Assembly: GCF_009914755.1 (NCBI RefSeq)
Contig: NC_060930.1
Source: the human T2T-CHM13v2.0 reference genome, Homo sapiens
Direction: 5' to 3' (one strand)
DNA: 64,000 nt
Shown here: positions 41,298-56,539 of the stretch, piece after piece
Layout: each line of letters opens with the position of its first letter
Position numbering within the stretch: position 1 is the first letter of the stretch
Notes under the pieces: generated by a model
The model's input: only the letters and a program-made list of their open reading frames with translations
Database searches by the model: none
Told to the model about the DNA's origin: nothing
Position numbers and translations under genes: made by a program

Positions 41298-42538
41298 CCC
41301 TAGGTGGCTTCACATATTAGTTTTCTTGGACCTATTTCAGACTCCAGAAGCCCACAGGACAATACCCAATATAGTCCTTCAATAGGTATTCACTGCCCTT
41401 CTCCTAGGTGCTGGGCCATGTTTAGGTGTCTCAGAACAATGGTGAATAAGAGTACCATGGACACTTCCTGCCTTGTGGCATTTTGCGGCTAGATTGATTT
41501 CCGAAGACCTCACAAAATCTTGAAGTAGCTCACCAGACTGCTCTTAGGAAAAGGTGGGTGAGGAGATATGGTAATGCTACACTAAGCATGAAAGCACTGC
41601 TTTTTCATTTCTTCGTATTTACTGTTAGAGAAGTTGGGGGAAAGTTTAAAAAGAGGTATCTGAATGGTTACTATTCATTCTCTTACAAGTAAAGTAACAT
41701 ATCCCAGATATGGGAAATTATCTGTAGGTAACTACCTCTTGCATAATCTTAACCTTACTTAAAAAGAAAAGTCCGAGGAACCGCATTCTGAAGCTAAGAA
41801 AAGTAAATGGTATTCAATTACAGCAACAGCCGTAGAAAAAGTACAAGTGGGTCTCCAGCTGCAAATGGTGGGCAAGGGAGTGTTCTTACCAATTAGTTGT
41901 GAAATGATCAGGTTTTCTAGAAGGTACTTTTTGTATAAGTAAGGCTGATTGAATTCTTTATCCCAACTCAACTCTTAGCTAGGATTTTCTTAGTGGCTTT
42001 AATGGGATTTGATGAGGAAAGCCCCATTTGCCTGTCCCCAGGAAACTACAGGTGAAAATATTTCTATTTACATTACAAATCTAATACCAAGAACATAATT
42101 TCTAAGAAACACAAAAGTGGTTTAATGATCTGATTTCCAGTGTTGCTCTCAATGTCCTCCTGTTGTCAATTCTCTCCTATCCTAATCACCTCTTCCTACC
42201 TTATTGGGATCTGGAGTGACAGAAAAAACACAAAACATGATATTCAGGTTTGAACTGAATCCAGGTTTGCCTAAACTTCAAGGACGGGACACTGCATGTT
42301 GGGATACAGAATTTTTAAGCTAATTCTCTCCATTGTATTAATATTATCACTGGAGGTAAAAAATTTACCAAATAAAACAATCTGATTTTGCTCAGCATCC
42401 CAAGGGGATCATGTTCAGCATCTCAATGGGAATGACACCAGTCAGCCAATCTTTCGAGCTTCACCATGCCACTTCTGGTTCCCCTGCCCTAAGTCAGACT
42501 TTTGATTTTTAGGGCTAATAAGTGACTCTTCCACAACT

Positions 42539-42558
42539 ATACACACACACACACACAC
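42539..42558. repeat. (CA)n microsatellite
   Basis: Directly visible. Confidence 0.9.
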
Positions 42559-43423
42559 TTTTTTCCCCTCTGGATTGAGTAGAAAGACAATTTAATACAA
42601 TGGTTAGAAAACAAAATAAGACTTCAAAACTTAGTTCTAAAAATACAAATTGCATTTAGATACCATTATCTTCTTTTTAAAAAGGTCAAATCTCAAACGT
42701 TCAGCTGGTTCCAGGCTATATAAAAATATTACTGAAAATCTGATGACAGCTTTGGTAACAAACATCTTGAGAGTGGCCCTGAAATCCTTATTTATATTCA
42801 GAAACACTAAGTGGAGTAGTCGCACGCCATTTTATGGCTGAAGGGGTTCAAAAGGAAAGAGGTCAATTGATGTTAATTGTTAATTTTTTGGAAATTCAGA
42901 GATGAAGTTTATTTTTTTTTTAAACTCTTATCTTTCAAACAGAATTTAAACAGACACTTGTATAAGGCAGAACCCCTTTGAACCACAGATCTTGTGGCTT
43001 TTGTGTTTTATTCTACTGGCATGGAAAGGTGATGAAAGAAAGTGGGCTTTTTTGCTGCAACAGAGAAAGAAGTGGGGAGGGAGATGCAGTTATTTCAGAC
43101 AGGATGGCGAACATTAATTGAGATTAAACAGCTCTGAAAGTTTCCACTTCAACATTTCAGGTTCTGGGACTCTAGCTGAAGAACCAAAGCTAGAAAATTC
43201 ACTTATTTGACATTCAAGGTGTTTAAGTTCCCAAATACAACAAAGAGGTTATCAGATTTTCACTTCTATCATAAAAGGATGGTGCAGGCAGAACTACTTG
43301 CCACTAACAAGCCAGAAAAATAAAAAGTGTGATAGAAATGTGTTGAAAGTACATAATTTGAAATAATTCTTGGATTTCTGCAGACTTTATACATAAAAAT
43401 TGGAATACTAGCCTGTATTGATA

Positions 43424-43494
43424 CATCATCACCATCACCATCATCATCATCATCATCTCCACCACCACCACCACTGCCGCCTTCATCATCTCCA
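43424..43494. repeat. Imperfect (CAT)n/(CAC)n trinucleotide repeat
   Basis: catcatcaccatcaccatcatcatcatcatcatctccaccaccaccacc. Confidence 0.9.
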
Positions 43495-43695
43495 TTTACT
43501 GAAAATATCTATTTGCTAGGAACTGTGCTAGAAATTTTACAGGAATTATTAGCCTCTCTGGTACATGAGAGAACCCTGACTCAGAGAGGCAACGTGTTTT
43601 GCTTAAGGTCATACTGCTGGAGACAGGACAACATGCAATCTGAATCCAAGCTGGCCTGTCAAGGCTACCTCCTTTCCTGTACAACACTGCCTTCC
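43495..43695 (-). mobile_element. MIR
   Basis: 'tttactgaaaatatctatttgctaggaactgtgctag...gactcagagaggcaacg...gcttaaggtcatac'. Confidence 0.7.
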
Positions 43696-43899
43696 TCTAC
43701 AATGTGGGGAGACTACATCCTTCTTCTGCGAAGGAAACATGACCACTTTCCCATGTGCCACCAGTAAAACATGAAAGTAAACTGACAAGGCTGCAGGTCC
43801 CACAGCAATTTAACTATTTGTATGAAGAGTTTTAGTGCTAAAATGGTTATAGTTCATGAAGCATAATTTCTTACTTGTTATATATTTCAGTGTCGTTTC

Positions 43900-44280
43900 T
43901 GTCCCTTGACTATGCAAAGCCCTTGCCTGGCCTTGCCACCTGCTTCTCTCTCTGCCTAGAATTCCCTCCCACAACCCTTAGCCATGCTGGTTACTTCTCC
44001 TTCACTAGGTCTAGTTCAAATATGTCACTTGCAGAGACACTGTCCTTAATGTGCTCTGTCCTCTCCCAAACAGCTAGGCATTGCCCTGCTTGTTTCCATC
44101 AAGGGATAACCAAAATCCACATGTTTATTTACTGTATAATTACCTATCTTCTCTCTTGGTCCATGTAAGACCCACAGCAGCAGGGACCTAGCTTCTCTTG
44201 CTAACCATTGATACCTGACACTTGGAATAGTGCCTGGCACAAACTTGAATGAATGGCTACACCAATACATGAATGAAGAT
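43900..44280 (+). mobile_element. L2 3' end
   Basis: 'atgtaagacccacagcagcagggacc...ttggaatagtgcctggcaca...tgaatgaatg'. Confidence 0.75.
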
Positions 44281-45324
44281 CAGTGTTTGCAGAGTACAGT
44301 GACAGGTACACATAGAGGAACCAGAGGAGAGACATTGCCCTGGGGATCTGCCTTTGCCAGCCCTCGAGTCCTAGGCCAGAGTTCATCTGCTCTCAGCTTG
44401 AACCCTGCCTGGAGACTGAGCATACACCTGCACTTGGCCCTTGGCCCTCTTCTCCTGCTGCACCTCCTGACATAGCCTCTTCTTCCCCAACAGAGGCTCT
44501 TCCTCACACGATGAGCTCAGCTTCTCTCCCTGGATCTAATCTCTACATTCCCACCACCATCCACCTCGTATAAAAATCAATCGTGCTTACTTCTCCTGTG
44601 GTCACATACCCTTCAGATAATCTGGGGCCACGGCCTTGGGTTCCATCACACCCATAACCATGTGGCACTGTCAGGGCTGACTCCTGGCTTGTTGCATGCA
44701 TCCCTAGTCCAGCCTGACATCCAGCACCAGGCTCTTTCCCAGCCTTCTGTCCTGAGCCACCTCACTTCTTTCTCCTGTCTGCCCTCTCTTCCCAGGTCCA
44801 AGCTCATGGATGACTCTTGGCAGGCTGGGGAAGAGAAAGAATGTGGAACAGAGGAGAGAGAAAGTCAGAAGCAGCAAAAGCTGCTGTGTGTCCACATGGG
44901 AAGCCCGTGGACTACATCTGTCCACGAGAATTTTCATAGTGTTCTATAGATTTTTTTAAAAATAGTGAGTTTAAACTATGGATCAGCAGAGCTGAAAGGG
45001 ACCTTGGAGATCACTGAGTCCCACTGTCTCACTGTACTGTTGAAAAACCAACATGTGAGTAATGGACCGAGGAGGAAGAAGGCAGCATTTGTGGAGGGCT
45101 TAACATCTGCTTTGGGATATAGGGTCCCAGGTCCCATAGCCAGTGAGTGGCAGAGTGGGGACCATGCAATGCTTAAATGAGCACTTCTACCCCATACACA
45201 CTTTGCCCTACGACTTACATATTCATACCACGTGTGGGAAAGGGTGTGGCATTTACCACATAAAGATACTTGGAATTCTTGCCTCAAAGGGTAAGTGGGT
45301 TTTCCTTCTGTATTAGCCGATATA

Positions 45325-45452
45325 CTTTTTAAAAATTATGGTAAAATATCCAAAACGTACAATTTACCACTTTAATCATTTTTAAGTATACGGTTCAGTG
45401 GCACCAAGTACATTTGTTTCGTTGTACAGCCTTCACCACTATCCATCCAATA
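45325..45452 (-). mobile_element. L1MB 3'-end fragment
   Basis: 'aatttaccactttaatcatttttaagtatacggttcagtggca'. Confidence 0.7.
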
Positions 45453-46909
45453 CATTTTTAAAGTGAGTATTTTCTAAAACTATACATCCAAAACAAGAGT
45501 GAAGGAAACAAAAAAGAAGTAGAAAGAAAAGACAGGTAGAAAATAAACTTTTGGGCATGCATTTCAGCTGACAAAAACCTTTCATACGAATTAGCTTCTC
45601 TGTGACATATTCATTATTTTCCTAGTAATGAAACGGGAACTGTGAGACACCATGTGAAAAGGCGGCTTTTATTGTTTCTCTAGGTTCTATACTAGCTGTA
45701 TCCGCTTACAAAAATGTTATACAACCCAGTACATCACAGCCTTCCACGCCTCCTCCATAAAAGGACAAGTAAAATAGTATTTCTTGGAAAGACAGGCATT
45801 TACCAATGCACTGCATCTAGATGGAGCTGTCTCCATCATTCTAGTCTGTTTCTAAACAGGGTTTTAAAGTCTTGGCACAGAACACAAAGAATGTCCCTTA
45901 GCTATTCAGCATTTAGTTCAGCTCCACAATATATTTAGCAAGATTTCTTTGCCCCCCCGCAACCCCCACCCTTCCCTTCTTGGTTTAATGACCTCAAATG
46001 TACCAACATCCTGTCTTACCTAATCCCCTAACAAGTTCTATCAAATGCCAGGACAGAATCAGACAGCACTGCAGGCTGTGAGATCATTCACTAAGAATTC
46101 ATTTTTATTCCAAAAATTAGGAGTGCCAGACCATTTAACACAATCTATCACACAGCCAGAAAATTAGCCTAGCGCTTTAAGAGAAACATTTAAATAACTT
46201 TTAAATATCTTCTTCCTGACATAGATTCTTTAAAAACCTGAAGACTCTCTCCCCAGAACCAGACGCATAGACACAAAACATTTCCACATGATAGCAAGAG
46301 CTCAAGGACTCTTTGAAGACGATGTAGGCCCCCTAAGAATCCATAAACCTCAGGTTAAAATCTCTTGTAAAAGAACTCCAATACTTCTCTTTGTCTACAA
46401 GCCCCTGTACTGGATCCTGATCCATGGAGCATCCAGGGTAACTTCTTCTGGGGCCACTTTTGTCTCTGGATGAGAAACGACTTGTTTCAGCTTCCGGAAC
46501 ACCCCTACGTGGCTTCTGGTCCAACTGACTGTCAACACGGCTAGGCCTCTCCCCAATTCAGCTGGCTACTCTGGGAACGTTCATTTCTCTTACTGGTCCA
46601 TGACATGCTGGCTCTACCCCAGTGTTAGGTTTTGCTTTTCAATTGGCAATCTTGGATCCTGTGGTCCCTTCTGTCTTCCTGTCACTTTCCTTGTGGTCCT
46701 TGTGGAACTTTTGTTTTAAAAATTAAACCTGTTTTTTTTTTCTTTATCATAAAAGCAACGGCCTCCCGTTTGCACTTAATTCCTTTGTTTTTTCTCCAAA
46801 AGCATACTTCAGCCTTCATACCTTTGTTCTTGGGAAGACTTTGCCCACCTCTCTAAGTGGCAGGTCGTGCCACTCTCTGTTCAGTTCGGGACAGGGTTTC
46901 TCCTCCAGG

Positions 46910-47320
<411 letters not shown>

Positions 47321-47431
47321 TTCCCTTCTAACTCTTCACATATGGGATTCAGCATACATTCTATATTTTAGAAGCAACTCCTGCTGCTTTCTATTAGGTG
47401 GCCAGGACCACTTACGTTTGGAGGCTTAGGC

Positions 47432-49735
47432 ATTTTTTAACAGGTTTATTGAGATATAATCAGCATATCATACAATTCACACCTTTAAAATATACAATTC
47501 AATGTTTTTTAGTATATTCAGAGTTGTGCGACCATCACCACTATCTAATATCAGAACATTTCCATCATCCAAAAAAGAAAACCTACACCCATAGCAGTTA
47601 CTCTTCATTTCCTTTCCCCTTCAACCCTTGGCAACCACCAATCTACTTTCTGTCTCTGTGGATTTTCCTATTCTACACATTTTGTATAAATGGAATCATC
47701 TATTATGAGGCCTTTTGTGTCTAGCTTCTTTCACTTTACCATATTTTCAGGGTTCACACTTGATGTAGCAAATGTCAATATTTCATCCCTTTTTATGGCT
47801 GCATAATAATCAATTATATTCATCTACCACATCCTGTTTATCCATTTATATCAGTTGATGGATATTTGGATTGTTTCCACATTTTAGCTATTATGAATAA
47901 TGCTGCCAAGAACATTTTTGTATGGTTAGACATATTTGGACATGTTTTCAATTTACTTGGATATATACCTGGAAGTGAAATCGCTAGGTAGGATGGTTAA
48001 TTTTATGTGTTAATTTGGCTAAGTCACCATACCAAGACTTGTGGTCAAACATGTTTGGGTGTCGTTACAAAGGTGTTTTTTAGATGAGATTAACATTTAC
48101 ATCAGTAGTCTTTGAATAAAGCAGATTACTCTTCATGAGGTGGGCCTCATCCAATCAGTTGAAGGCCTTAAGAAAAAAGGCTGACCTCTCCCAGGAAGAA
48201 GGAATACTGACAGCAGACTCCCTTTGGACTCTAACTGCAACATCGATGCTTCTCTGGGTCTACAGCCTGCTGGCCTACCCTGCAAATTTTGAACTTGCTA
48301 GTCTCCTCAATCATGTAAGCCAATTCTTTAAAATAAATCTGTCCCTTTCCTCTCTCTCTCTACACACACACACACAGACACACACATACACACACACACA
48401 GACACACACACACACACACACAGACACACACACACACACACACACACACCCTCTATTGGTTCTATTCTCTGCAGAACCCTAACTAATATACTGGGACAAA
48501 TGGTAACTCTGTATTTAACATTTTGAGGAACTGTTTTCCAAAATGGCTGTACCAGGACAATCCCACCAGCAATGTATAAGGGTTCCAATTTCTCCACATC
48601 CTCACCAACACTTATTACTGTCTTTTAGACTTTAACCATCCTAGTGGGGGTAAAGTGGTAACTCACTATAATTTTGATTTGCATTTCCCTAATGACCAAT
48701 GATGCTGAACATCTTTTCATTCACTTACTGGCCATTTGTATATCTTTTTCTGAGAAATGCATATTTTAGTTGTCCATTACTTGTCTGGGTTGTCTTTTGA
48801 GCATTGAGCTGTAAGAATTCTTTATATATTCTGGATACACATCCTTTGTCAGATACATGATTTGTAAGTATTTTCTCCCATCTGTGGACCATCTTTTCAC
48901 TTTCTTAATGGTTTCCTTTAAGCATGAAGTTTTTAATTTTATGAAGTCCCATTTATCTAATTTTTCTTTTGTCTTTTGTACTTGTGGTGTTATATCTAAG
49001 AATCCACTGCCTAACGCAAGGTCACAAAAATGTATCCCTATATTTTCTTCTAAGAGTTTTAGAATTTTTGCTTGCATTTATTTTTGTGATCCATTTTGAG
49101 TTAATTTTTGTATATGGTGTAAGGTATAAGTCCAAGTTCATTCTTCTGTGTGTGAATATCCTGTTGTCCTGGCACTATATGTTGAAAAGACTGTTCTTTC
49201 CTCATCAAATTGTTCTGGAACCCTTGTTGAAAACTTTGAGCATACGTGTACTGTATTCAAGACTACACTATCTTATAGGATGTTTTGAAAAAAGGAAGTG
49301 TGAGTCCTCCAATTTTGTTCCTCTTTTGCAAGATTGTTTTAGCTATTCTGGGTCCCTTGCATTTCCATATGAATTTTAAAATCAGCCTGTCAATTTCTGC
49401 AAAAATGCTGCAATTTTGATAGGGATTGTGTTGACTATATAGGTTTGGATAGTTTTGCCATCTTAACAAGTCTTCTGATCTATGAACATTGGATGTCTTT
49501 CCATTTATTTATGTTTCCTTAATTTCTTTCTATAGTATTCTGTAATTTTCAGTGTTCAAGTCTTGCACTTCTTTTCTTAAATTTATTCCTGAACATTTAA
49601 TTATTTTTGATGCTATGTAAATGGAATTGTTTTTGTAATTTCATTTTTCTTGCTAGGGTACAGAAATTGATTTTTGTAGACTGAACTTTCATCCTGCAAA
49701 ACTGATGATCTTATTATTCATTCTAATAGGTTTTT
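47432..49735 (-). mobile_element. L1MB-type 3' portion (ORF2 C-terminus + 3'UTR), split by MLT2
   Basis: Minus ORFs 'KILKLLEENIG...KEKLDKWDFIKLK' and 'LILKFIWKCKGPRIAKTIL' are ORF2 remnants; L1MB 3' end at 47432. Confidence 0.9.
47989..48490 (+). mobile_element. MLT2 (ERVL) solo LTR containing a (CT)n(CA)n tract at ~48350-48448
   Basis: 'gatggttaattttatgtgt' start, 'ctattggttctattctctgcagaaccctaactaatata' end; 5-bp TSD CTAGG / CTGGG. Confidence 0.9.
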
Positions 49736-50123
49736 TCGTGTGTGGTTTATTTTTTCTTCTAATGAATTGCAGTCAAGTATTTTTAAGTATTCTGAATCAC
49801 AGGAATATCCTGGCACAAAAACCCATGACTTAAAACTTTACTATAAATATAAGGAGCTCATACTATTATTTGTCCCCTTCCTGTGGCATTGGGTAATGAT
49901 CCTGCTTTTGGGTTATGGTCTTGGTGGCATTCCTACTGCTGCTGACAGCCCATATAATGATTTGAAAAGTTCCTGGGACTCCAGGATACATGGTGAGACA
50001 CGAATCTATTTTCCATAGAAGTGGTATTATAAAAAGAGGTCAGGTTTCCAGCCTATCCCTAAAGTCTGTTTAAAGGGGTATCATTCATTGAGGATGCCAC
50101 AGGGTCTGGCCTCGCCATTCTCA

Positions 50124-50547
<424 letters not shown>

Positions 50548-50704
50548 AAAAGGACCTTCCATTCAGTTAGGACTTCTTATGGGCTTTTATGTAGACACCT
50601 CTGCTAACCTACTTCTTCTTTCCAACTCAGGGCTGACTCCTAATATACAATACTTTGAGGGGCAGTGGTAGTTACCTTGCACAAAAACTGCTAAATTTGA
50701 CACA

Positions 50705-50708
<4 letters not shown>

Positions 50709-50764
<56 letters not shown>
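50709..50764. repeat. (AT)14 followed by ~T28
   Basis: Directly visible. Confidence 0.95.
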
Positions 50765-50767
<3 letters not shown>

Positions 50768-51224
50768 AGACTATATTTTGCTTCAGGTTCAAAAACTGAT
50801 TTCTAGCCAGCATTCAGAGACCTACTTTGCATCTTGATCCATGAGTCACTGATTTGAGCATGCATTTGCCCAGAATACCCAGGCATGTGAAAGGATCAAA
50901 ATATCACACTTTGATTGATTTAGAAAGTTATTTTCTACCACCATGCAGTCTGAGAGTTTCTATGCTGCATCTGACTAATTGGGGAGGTGTGGGAGCAGAG
51001 AGAGCCAGGAGCTGCTGTGTGGAAGACCTTGTCCCTCCTCCCAGGCACCAAGATCCCAGGGAGTAGCAACCCTGCTCTCCATGGCGAAGTGTGTCCGTGT
51101 GATGCTCATCTCAGCATTATCTGGTTATCGGAGTCATCTTTTGAAGAGATCCTGGTATTTCGGTTTGACAAAAATCGAGAAACAATTTAGAAAGAAAATC
51201 GGATTTGTGTGTAAATGAAGAATA

Positions 51225-51430
51225 TTCCTGAAAAGAAACTCTGTTACGAAACTGAAATCTGGAGACCGCGGTGGTGCTAAGTTGAGTCATCAGTTCCCTT
51301 TACGCCCTAATAATTGACGGCACTTTGATCACGATGACTGCTCTGGGTGATGCTTTTTTGTTTGCTTTTTAAAGTACTTCCTTGTGTAAACAGGTTGTCT
51401 CACTATCATCTTGAAAACATGTTTACGTTT
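51225..51430. promoter_or_regulatory. Candidate enhancer motif cluster (ISRE, AP-1, TCF/LEF, ETS, FOX)
   Basis: GAAACTGAAA 51248-57, TGAGTCA 51283-89, CTTTGAT 51323-29, ACTTCCT 51376-82, TGTAAACA 51385-92, TGTTTAC 51420-26; several retained CpGs in unique DNA. Confidence 0.35.
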
Positions 51431-52429
51431 GGGGGATCATGGGGAACATCTGTTAGAAACAGATTTCATGCTTTTCTGTCAACTTAGGGAAGTCTGAATC
51501 CTATTTCTTGGTAATATACAAAAGCTCTTGGAGAGTTAAATGAAGTTCTACTGGAAAAAGGACTGACTGGATATTTTGATTGTTCTTCATATATGTATTT
51601 ACAAATTTGTCCTGAAAACATCCATTTGAAATAGAAACAGGCATGAATTATTGTTCACTTTTTGTAGATGCAGACAATGAAGTGTAGAGAAGTGAAGTGG
51701 CCTGGTCAGTGACCGACAAAGTGGCAAAGAGGGGGCCAAATGCATCACAGGGACATACTGACCCTTAATCAGCACCAAATAAAATCCGCAGGTATCAAGG
51801 GTCCCCTGATATTATTTCCAAAAAGATGTTACAATCCTTCACAATTTTATTGAGATCACTGATTCTGGAGAAGGCAAATATTAGGGCTGAGTGATGTATC
51901 CCCCAAAAGAGCAGTTTCTTTGTCCAGGTCTCAAGTTAGAGATCTAGGTGTGTGTGGAGAGGTGGGGTGTTCAGAGGGAACAGGAACAAAGCTTGAAGGA
52001 GAGGCTGAACCAACAAGAGGACTTCAGGCAAAATACTTTACTGAAACCTCAACAGTGAGGCTGCTCCTGCTGTGCCCAGAAGCGAGGTGCTCCTCTTGGA
52101 GGGTGTGCCAACTCGCTCTGGCCCTTGGAGTTGAGGCAGGAGCGGTTTCTGTGTGAAGAGAAAGAACTGCTGTCATGAAAAAATGGGAGATGTTGCAGAT
52201 TTTATTTAAATGCCCACAGACAGCACAGCCCCTAGACCCAGGCAAGGAAGGACTCTGTTCTCCTTCAGTTAGGCCAGGGAGGCATTGTTCCCCATCTTGC
52301 CTTATGATCTCTCCCTTAAACTCTTCCAGAATTTCCCACCCAAATGGTTCCAAGTGAGCTCCCAGGGTCAGTGTATGCCCTTTCCCTCGGTCCTTCCTCC
52401 CTTTGGTGGGCTACACCACCTGAAGGGTG

Positions 52430-52814
52430 AGAGAATGGCCAAGGGCAGCTATTTACAGAGATATGCATGTATCTTGGACATGTGGGCTGGGGTGTCCATG
52501 TGCATGTTTCAAGACCCCTGTAGGATGGGGGACTGGGGGAGTGGGAGGAGAAGGAGCAGGAAAGAAGGAAGCAGGTAGGTGTATGCTGGTTTCCCCCATA
52601 CTACCATGTTCCCATTTGGAACTCTAAGGAGACCGATAATTCTAAATTTAAATCTGGCCTTCCGAAAGGTCATTACATCAAGGCAGAAGGACAGAATGTA
52701 TTTTATACAACCAGTTTGTTAGCCTGATTCATAAATTTTAATATTTAAGCATACAGCATATGAGCTTCAATTGTGCCTTTGTCTGGAGCCCTACAAATAT
52801 TACAGCCAGACCTG
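52430..52814 (+). mobile_element. MER96B-like hAT element
   Basis: 'ttctaaatttaaatctggccttcc...cagtttgttagcctgattcataa...gccctacaaatattacagccagacctg'. Confidence 0.6.
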
Positions 52815-54014
52815 TCCAGAGCCATGTGGATCAGGGCTGGGAAGGCTTCAGATTGCAGATGTGCAGTTATGCATTACACAAGCCCCATGTTGCATTCACT
52901 GACCCTCTGGATGATAAAGTGGAGGTGGCTGCAAGGCATTTCCAGAATATCAAGGTGCTCACACAACAAAGGTTTCCTTCACTTGTTTTGGGAACACTGT
53001 GCTGAAGACAGCTTAGCCAAATATTTCTCTGTTTGGCTGCAGCCAAATACATCAGGGTCTTGCTACAGGCCAACTAAGCAAACCATAATTTTTACAAAAA
53101 ATAATTACCTAACACTTTCATCTCTTGTGGTTTCTTTATTCCATACATACTTTGTAATGTGTTTATCAGCAGCTAGTTGAACATCTTGGTGTACCAGTGG
53201 GAGACAAACCAGCAGTAGTTATACACGGCAAGTAAGGACCAAAACATAGGCAGGAAAATAAAAATACCAATGAACATTAGGCTGAACTGTAAGACATAAT
53301 TAAGTAGCTGTATATCAAATGCATAAATATGATTCTTTTTTAAAGGCCCACACATATTACACCCACTTTCAGGAGTTTCCCAAAGTAATTTAAAACTATT
53401 TGATGTTGCTTCCTGTTTTTCAGTACTTTTATCTGTTTATGGGGGTGGCAATTCTACTGCTAACCAAATGAACAAGAAGAAAAGTGAAGGATGGGGCCAT
53501 TTTCCTGGTTTTAGTCACCAAAATCTGCTTTAAAAGACTGAATTTTTAGACCTTAAATTTTAAAATTTGGGGTTCTAAGCTTCAAAGTAATTATTTAAGA
53601 CTTATCCCACATTACAACTACAGATTGCACCAACAGTTTTCTTAGAGTTAGTGAGCCTCTTGCATCAACTTTGTTTCCTGTTCTCTCCAAAGCTCCTTTC
53701 TAAAGCAACTGAGCTTCAGAAGAGGGAAGAAGGAAACAGGGCAGAGGGGTTTGCTGACCTCAGTCTGCATTCAATACATTTTTCTTTTTCTCTTTGAGAC
53801 AAGGACTGCTAGGAAAGGGCCTTTTCATATTTTAAAGCTGAAGTTTCAAAAAAGCTAGAACAATTCAAAGATATTTATTCCATAAAATTATCCTCAGGTA
53901 CCAAAAGTAGCTCTGGAAAAGTGGCCACCTCTTTTTATTTGGCCTTCATAGCTCATTATTTTAATCAAGTAGATGGTTAATGAAAAGCAAACTTACACTT
54001 TCCATGAAGTAAAT

Positions 54015-54352
54015 AAAGTAATGTGCTGAATAATGACATTTCAGTTGATAATAGACTGCATATATAATGGTGGTCCCATAGATTCTAACATCATATTTTT
54101 ACTGTACCTTTTCTATGTTTAGATACACAAATACCTCCCACTGTATTACAACTGCTTATAGTATTTTGTAGAGTAATATGCTGTACAGGTTTGTGGCCTA
54201 GGAGCAGTAGACTATACCATACAGCCTAGCTGTGCAGTAGGCTATACCATCTAGGTTTGCATTAGGTACACTCTATGATGTTTGCACAATGATGAGACTG
54301 CCTAATGACGTACTTCTCAGAATGCATCCTATCGTTAAGCAATGAATGACTG
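54015..54352 (+). mobile_element. Tigger3a (MER7A)
   Basis: 'aatggtggtcccatagatt...tttactgtaccttttctatgtttagatacacaaatac...aggctataccatctaggtttg...atcgttaagcaatgaatgactg'. Confidence 0.88.
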
Positions 54353-54804
54353 TGCTATTATGAGGTGACAGGCATTTTGGGGATCAGCTAGTTCAATGTG
54401 TCATCAAAGTCTTGACCACCAAGTGGGTGGCGCTGATTAAATACCTCTAATGAGAAGAAAGGTACTGCCAAGTCAATTTTGGAAAATTATTATGTACCAC
54501 ATCACTGCATACATCATTACACAGTTCTCTCTCAGGCCAATCTGCCTCCTTGTAGCCTAAAAACACTGGTTTGCCCTACAGGGCAACCAGAGGAAGGATA
54601 ACACCTACATACATGGTAGGGAGTAAGTGGTGGCTCCGCCTCCTCTCTTTCCTCAAGTCTTCTCGCTGGATAGTTGTTTCTAGTTCCTTCAAATGTTATT
54701 TGACATGGTTTCAGGTTCTCTATCACTGTCTTGGGCCACTGTCCTTTAAAAATATTTAAGTTCTAAATTTAAAAATCATCATTTCAATTTAAAATCACAT
54801 TATA

Positions 54805-55128
<324 letters not shown>

Positions 55129-55219
55129 TTATAGCCAACAATACATTTGCCAATATATCTATCAAATGTGATCTCAAATAAAGCACAATTTTATTAGTGA
55201 AGAGTACATAGAACTATCT

Positions 55220-55460
55220 TTCACCTTCTTAGTCCTACAATGCAGACCATGATTTCATTAATGCTTTGGGCAGCTACATCACATCTCTGGCTAGGATTGA
55301 GCTTACAGAAATGAAACCCCCAAGGAGTCTTCACATATTGCTATTGTGTTTTATTTCCCACATTCTCTATTTGTGATTTTTTTTTTTTTTTTTTAGTGGG
55401 GGTGTGGGATACAACTGCAGGTCTTGGCACTTATTCCTATTACTAAATGTCAACTCACTT
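55220..55460 (-). mobile_element. L3/CR1-like fragment
   Basis: 'ttgggcagctacatcacatctctggctaggattgagctt...aaacccccaagg'. Confidence 0.45.
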
Positions 55461-56539
55461 GGGTCTCGTCCCTTGTTTTCTTCTTCTTTCTTCTGTCTAT
55501 TCACTCGGTGGCAAAGGAGCACATGAAAGAGAACTGTGCTCAAGGGAATTTCTTTTTATCATGGAACTGTACAAGGCTTACAAAGCAGTGGGCAGTCAGG
55601 GTGAAAACTAACTCAGTAAACAATACCCTTTAGGAATTGGCTCAGTGTGTATGCTGTGTCAAATCCTGCTTGGTAAATTCCAAGAGGAAACTCTGAATAA
55701 ATATTTACCATATCTATTTATTTCTCCTACTGAGAACTATATAAGACAAGAGGATGTTAAATGATGAAACAGATTTCAGGATTTTTGCTCTCCGCTGAGT
55801 CTTGCCCATGGGGCGTGAGGACTGATACAAGTCCCAGTCTCATAATGAAACCAGACACAGTTCACTTCCTTTTGTTTCTTAAACCACCCCCTCACCTGGG
55901 AGATGTCTTGAAATGACACAGACTTAGTTATGTATCACTAACCTGAGATCTCAAGGGAATGATTGGTATTAATTATCATTAGTAATAATAATATTTAATA
56001 TACCCTCCTGGGAAGGTGGACAGCATGTGCTTGGGATGGAATACAGCCCTGACTAAGCTTACCTGCTCAAGCTGTCAATCCCTATTGTCTCAAAAGGCGA
56101 AAAGAGACATTTTAACTCCAGAGCCATCTCCTCTTCCAATTGACATAATAAGGAGAGGTCAAGAAGAATCTAGTTAGAGATTAGTGGACGCTGCATTACA
56201 CTTCCATGGCTTCCTACTGAAAGTGAACTACCAAAGAAATCACAAAGCACTTTTTGTCTAATTCTTCCCTTCTTCCTTCCCAGCTTGGGAAACAGCCTGA
56301 GATCAGACAGAGGATGCTACCTCACAAGCTGGTTATCAGGTGGGCTCTTTGCTTACTGCAGCCCAGAGGAAGAGAACCAAATGGTTGGGGCAGTGGAGAA
56401 TGTCTATCATTGCTCTAGACTTAAGATAGTGAAAACCAACCAACAACCCAAATACAGAATCTACGCCCTTCTTGTCTTACATCCTCTGGAACTTTCTTCA
56501 ATTTTAGCTATTCCCCAGTTAACCTTTTTATTGAGGACA

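Noticed and set aside
43304-43495. Poly-Met/Val ORF, and poly-Ile or HT-repeat ORFs at 50450 and 48135
   Set aside because: Translations of microsatellites
46230-46370. MER103C-like hAT fragment (also 32520-32710)
   Set aside because: Resemblance too weak to call without an alignment
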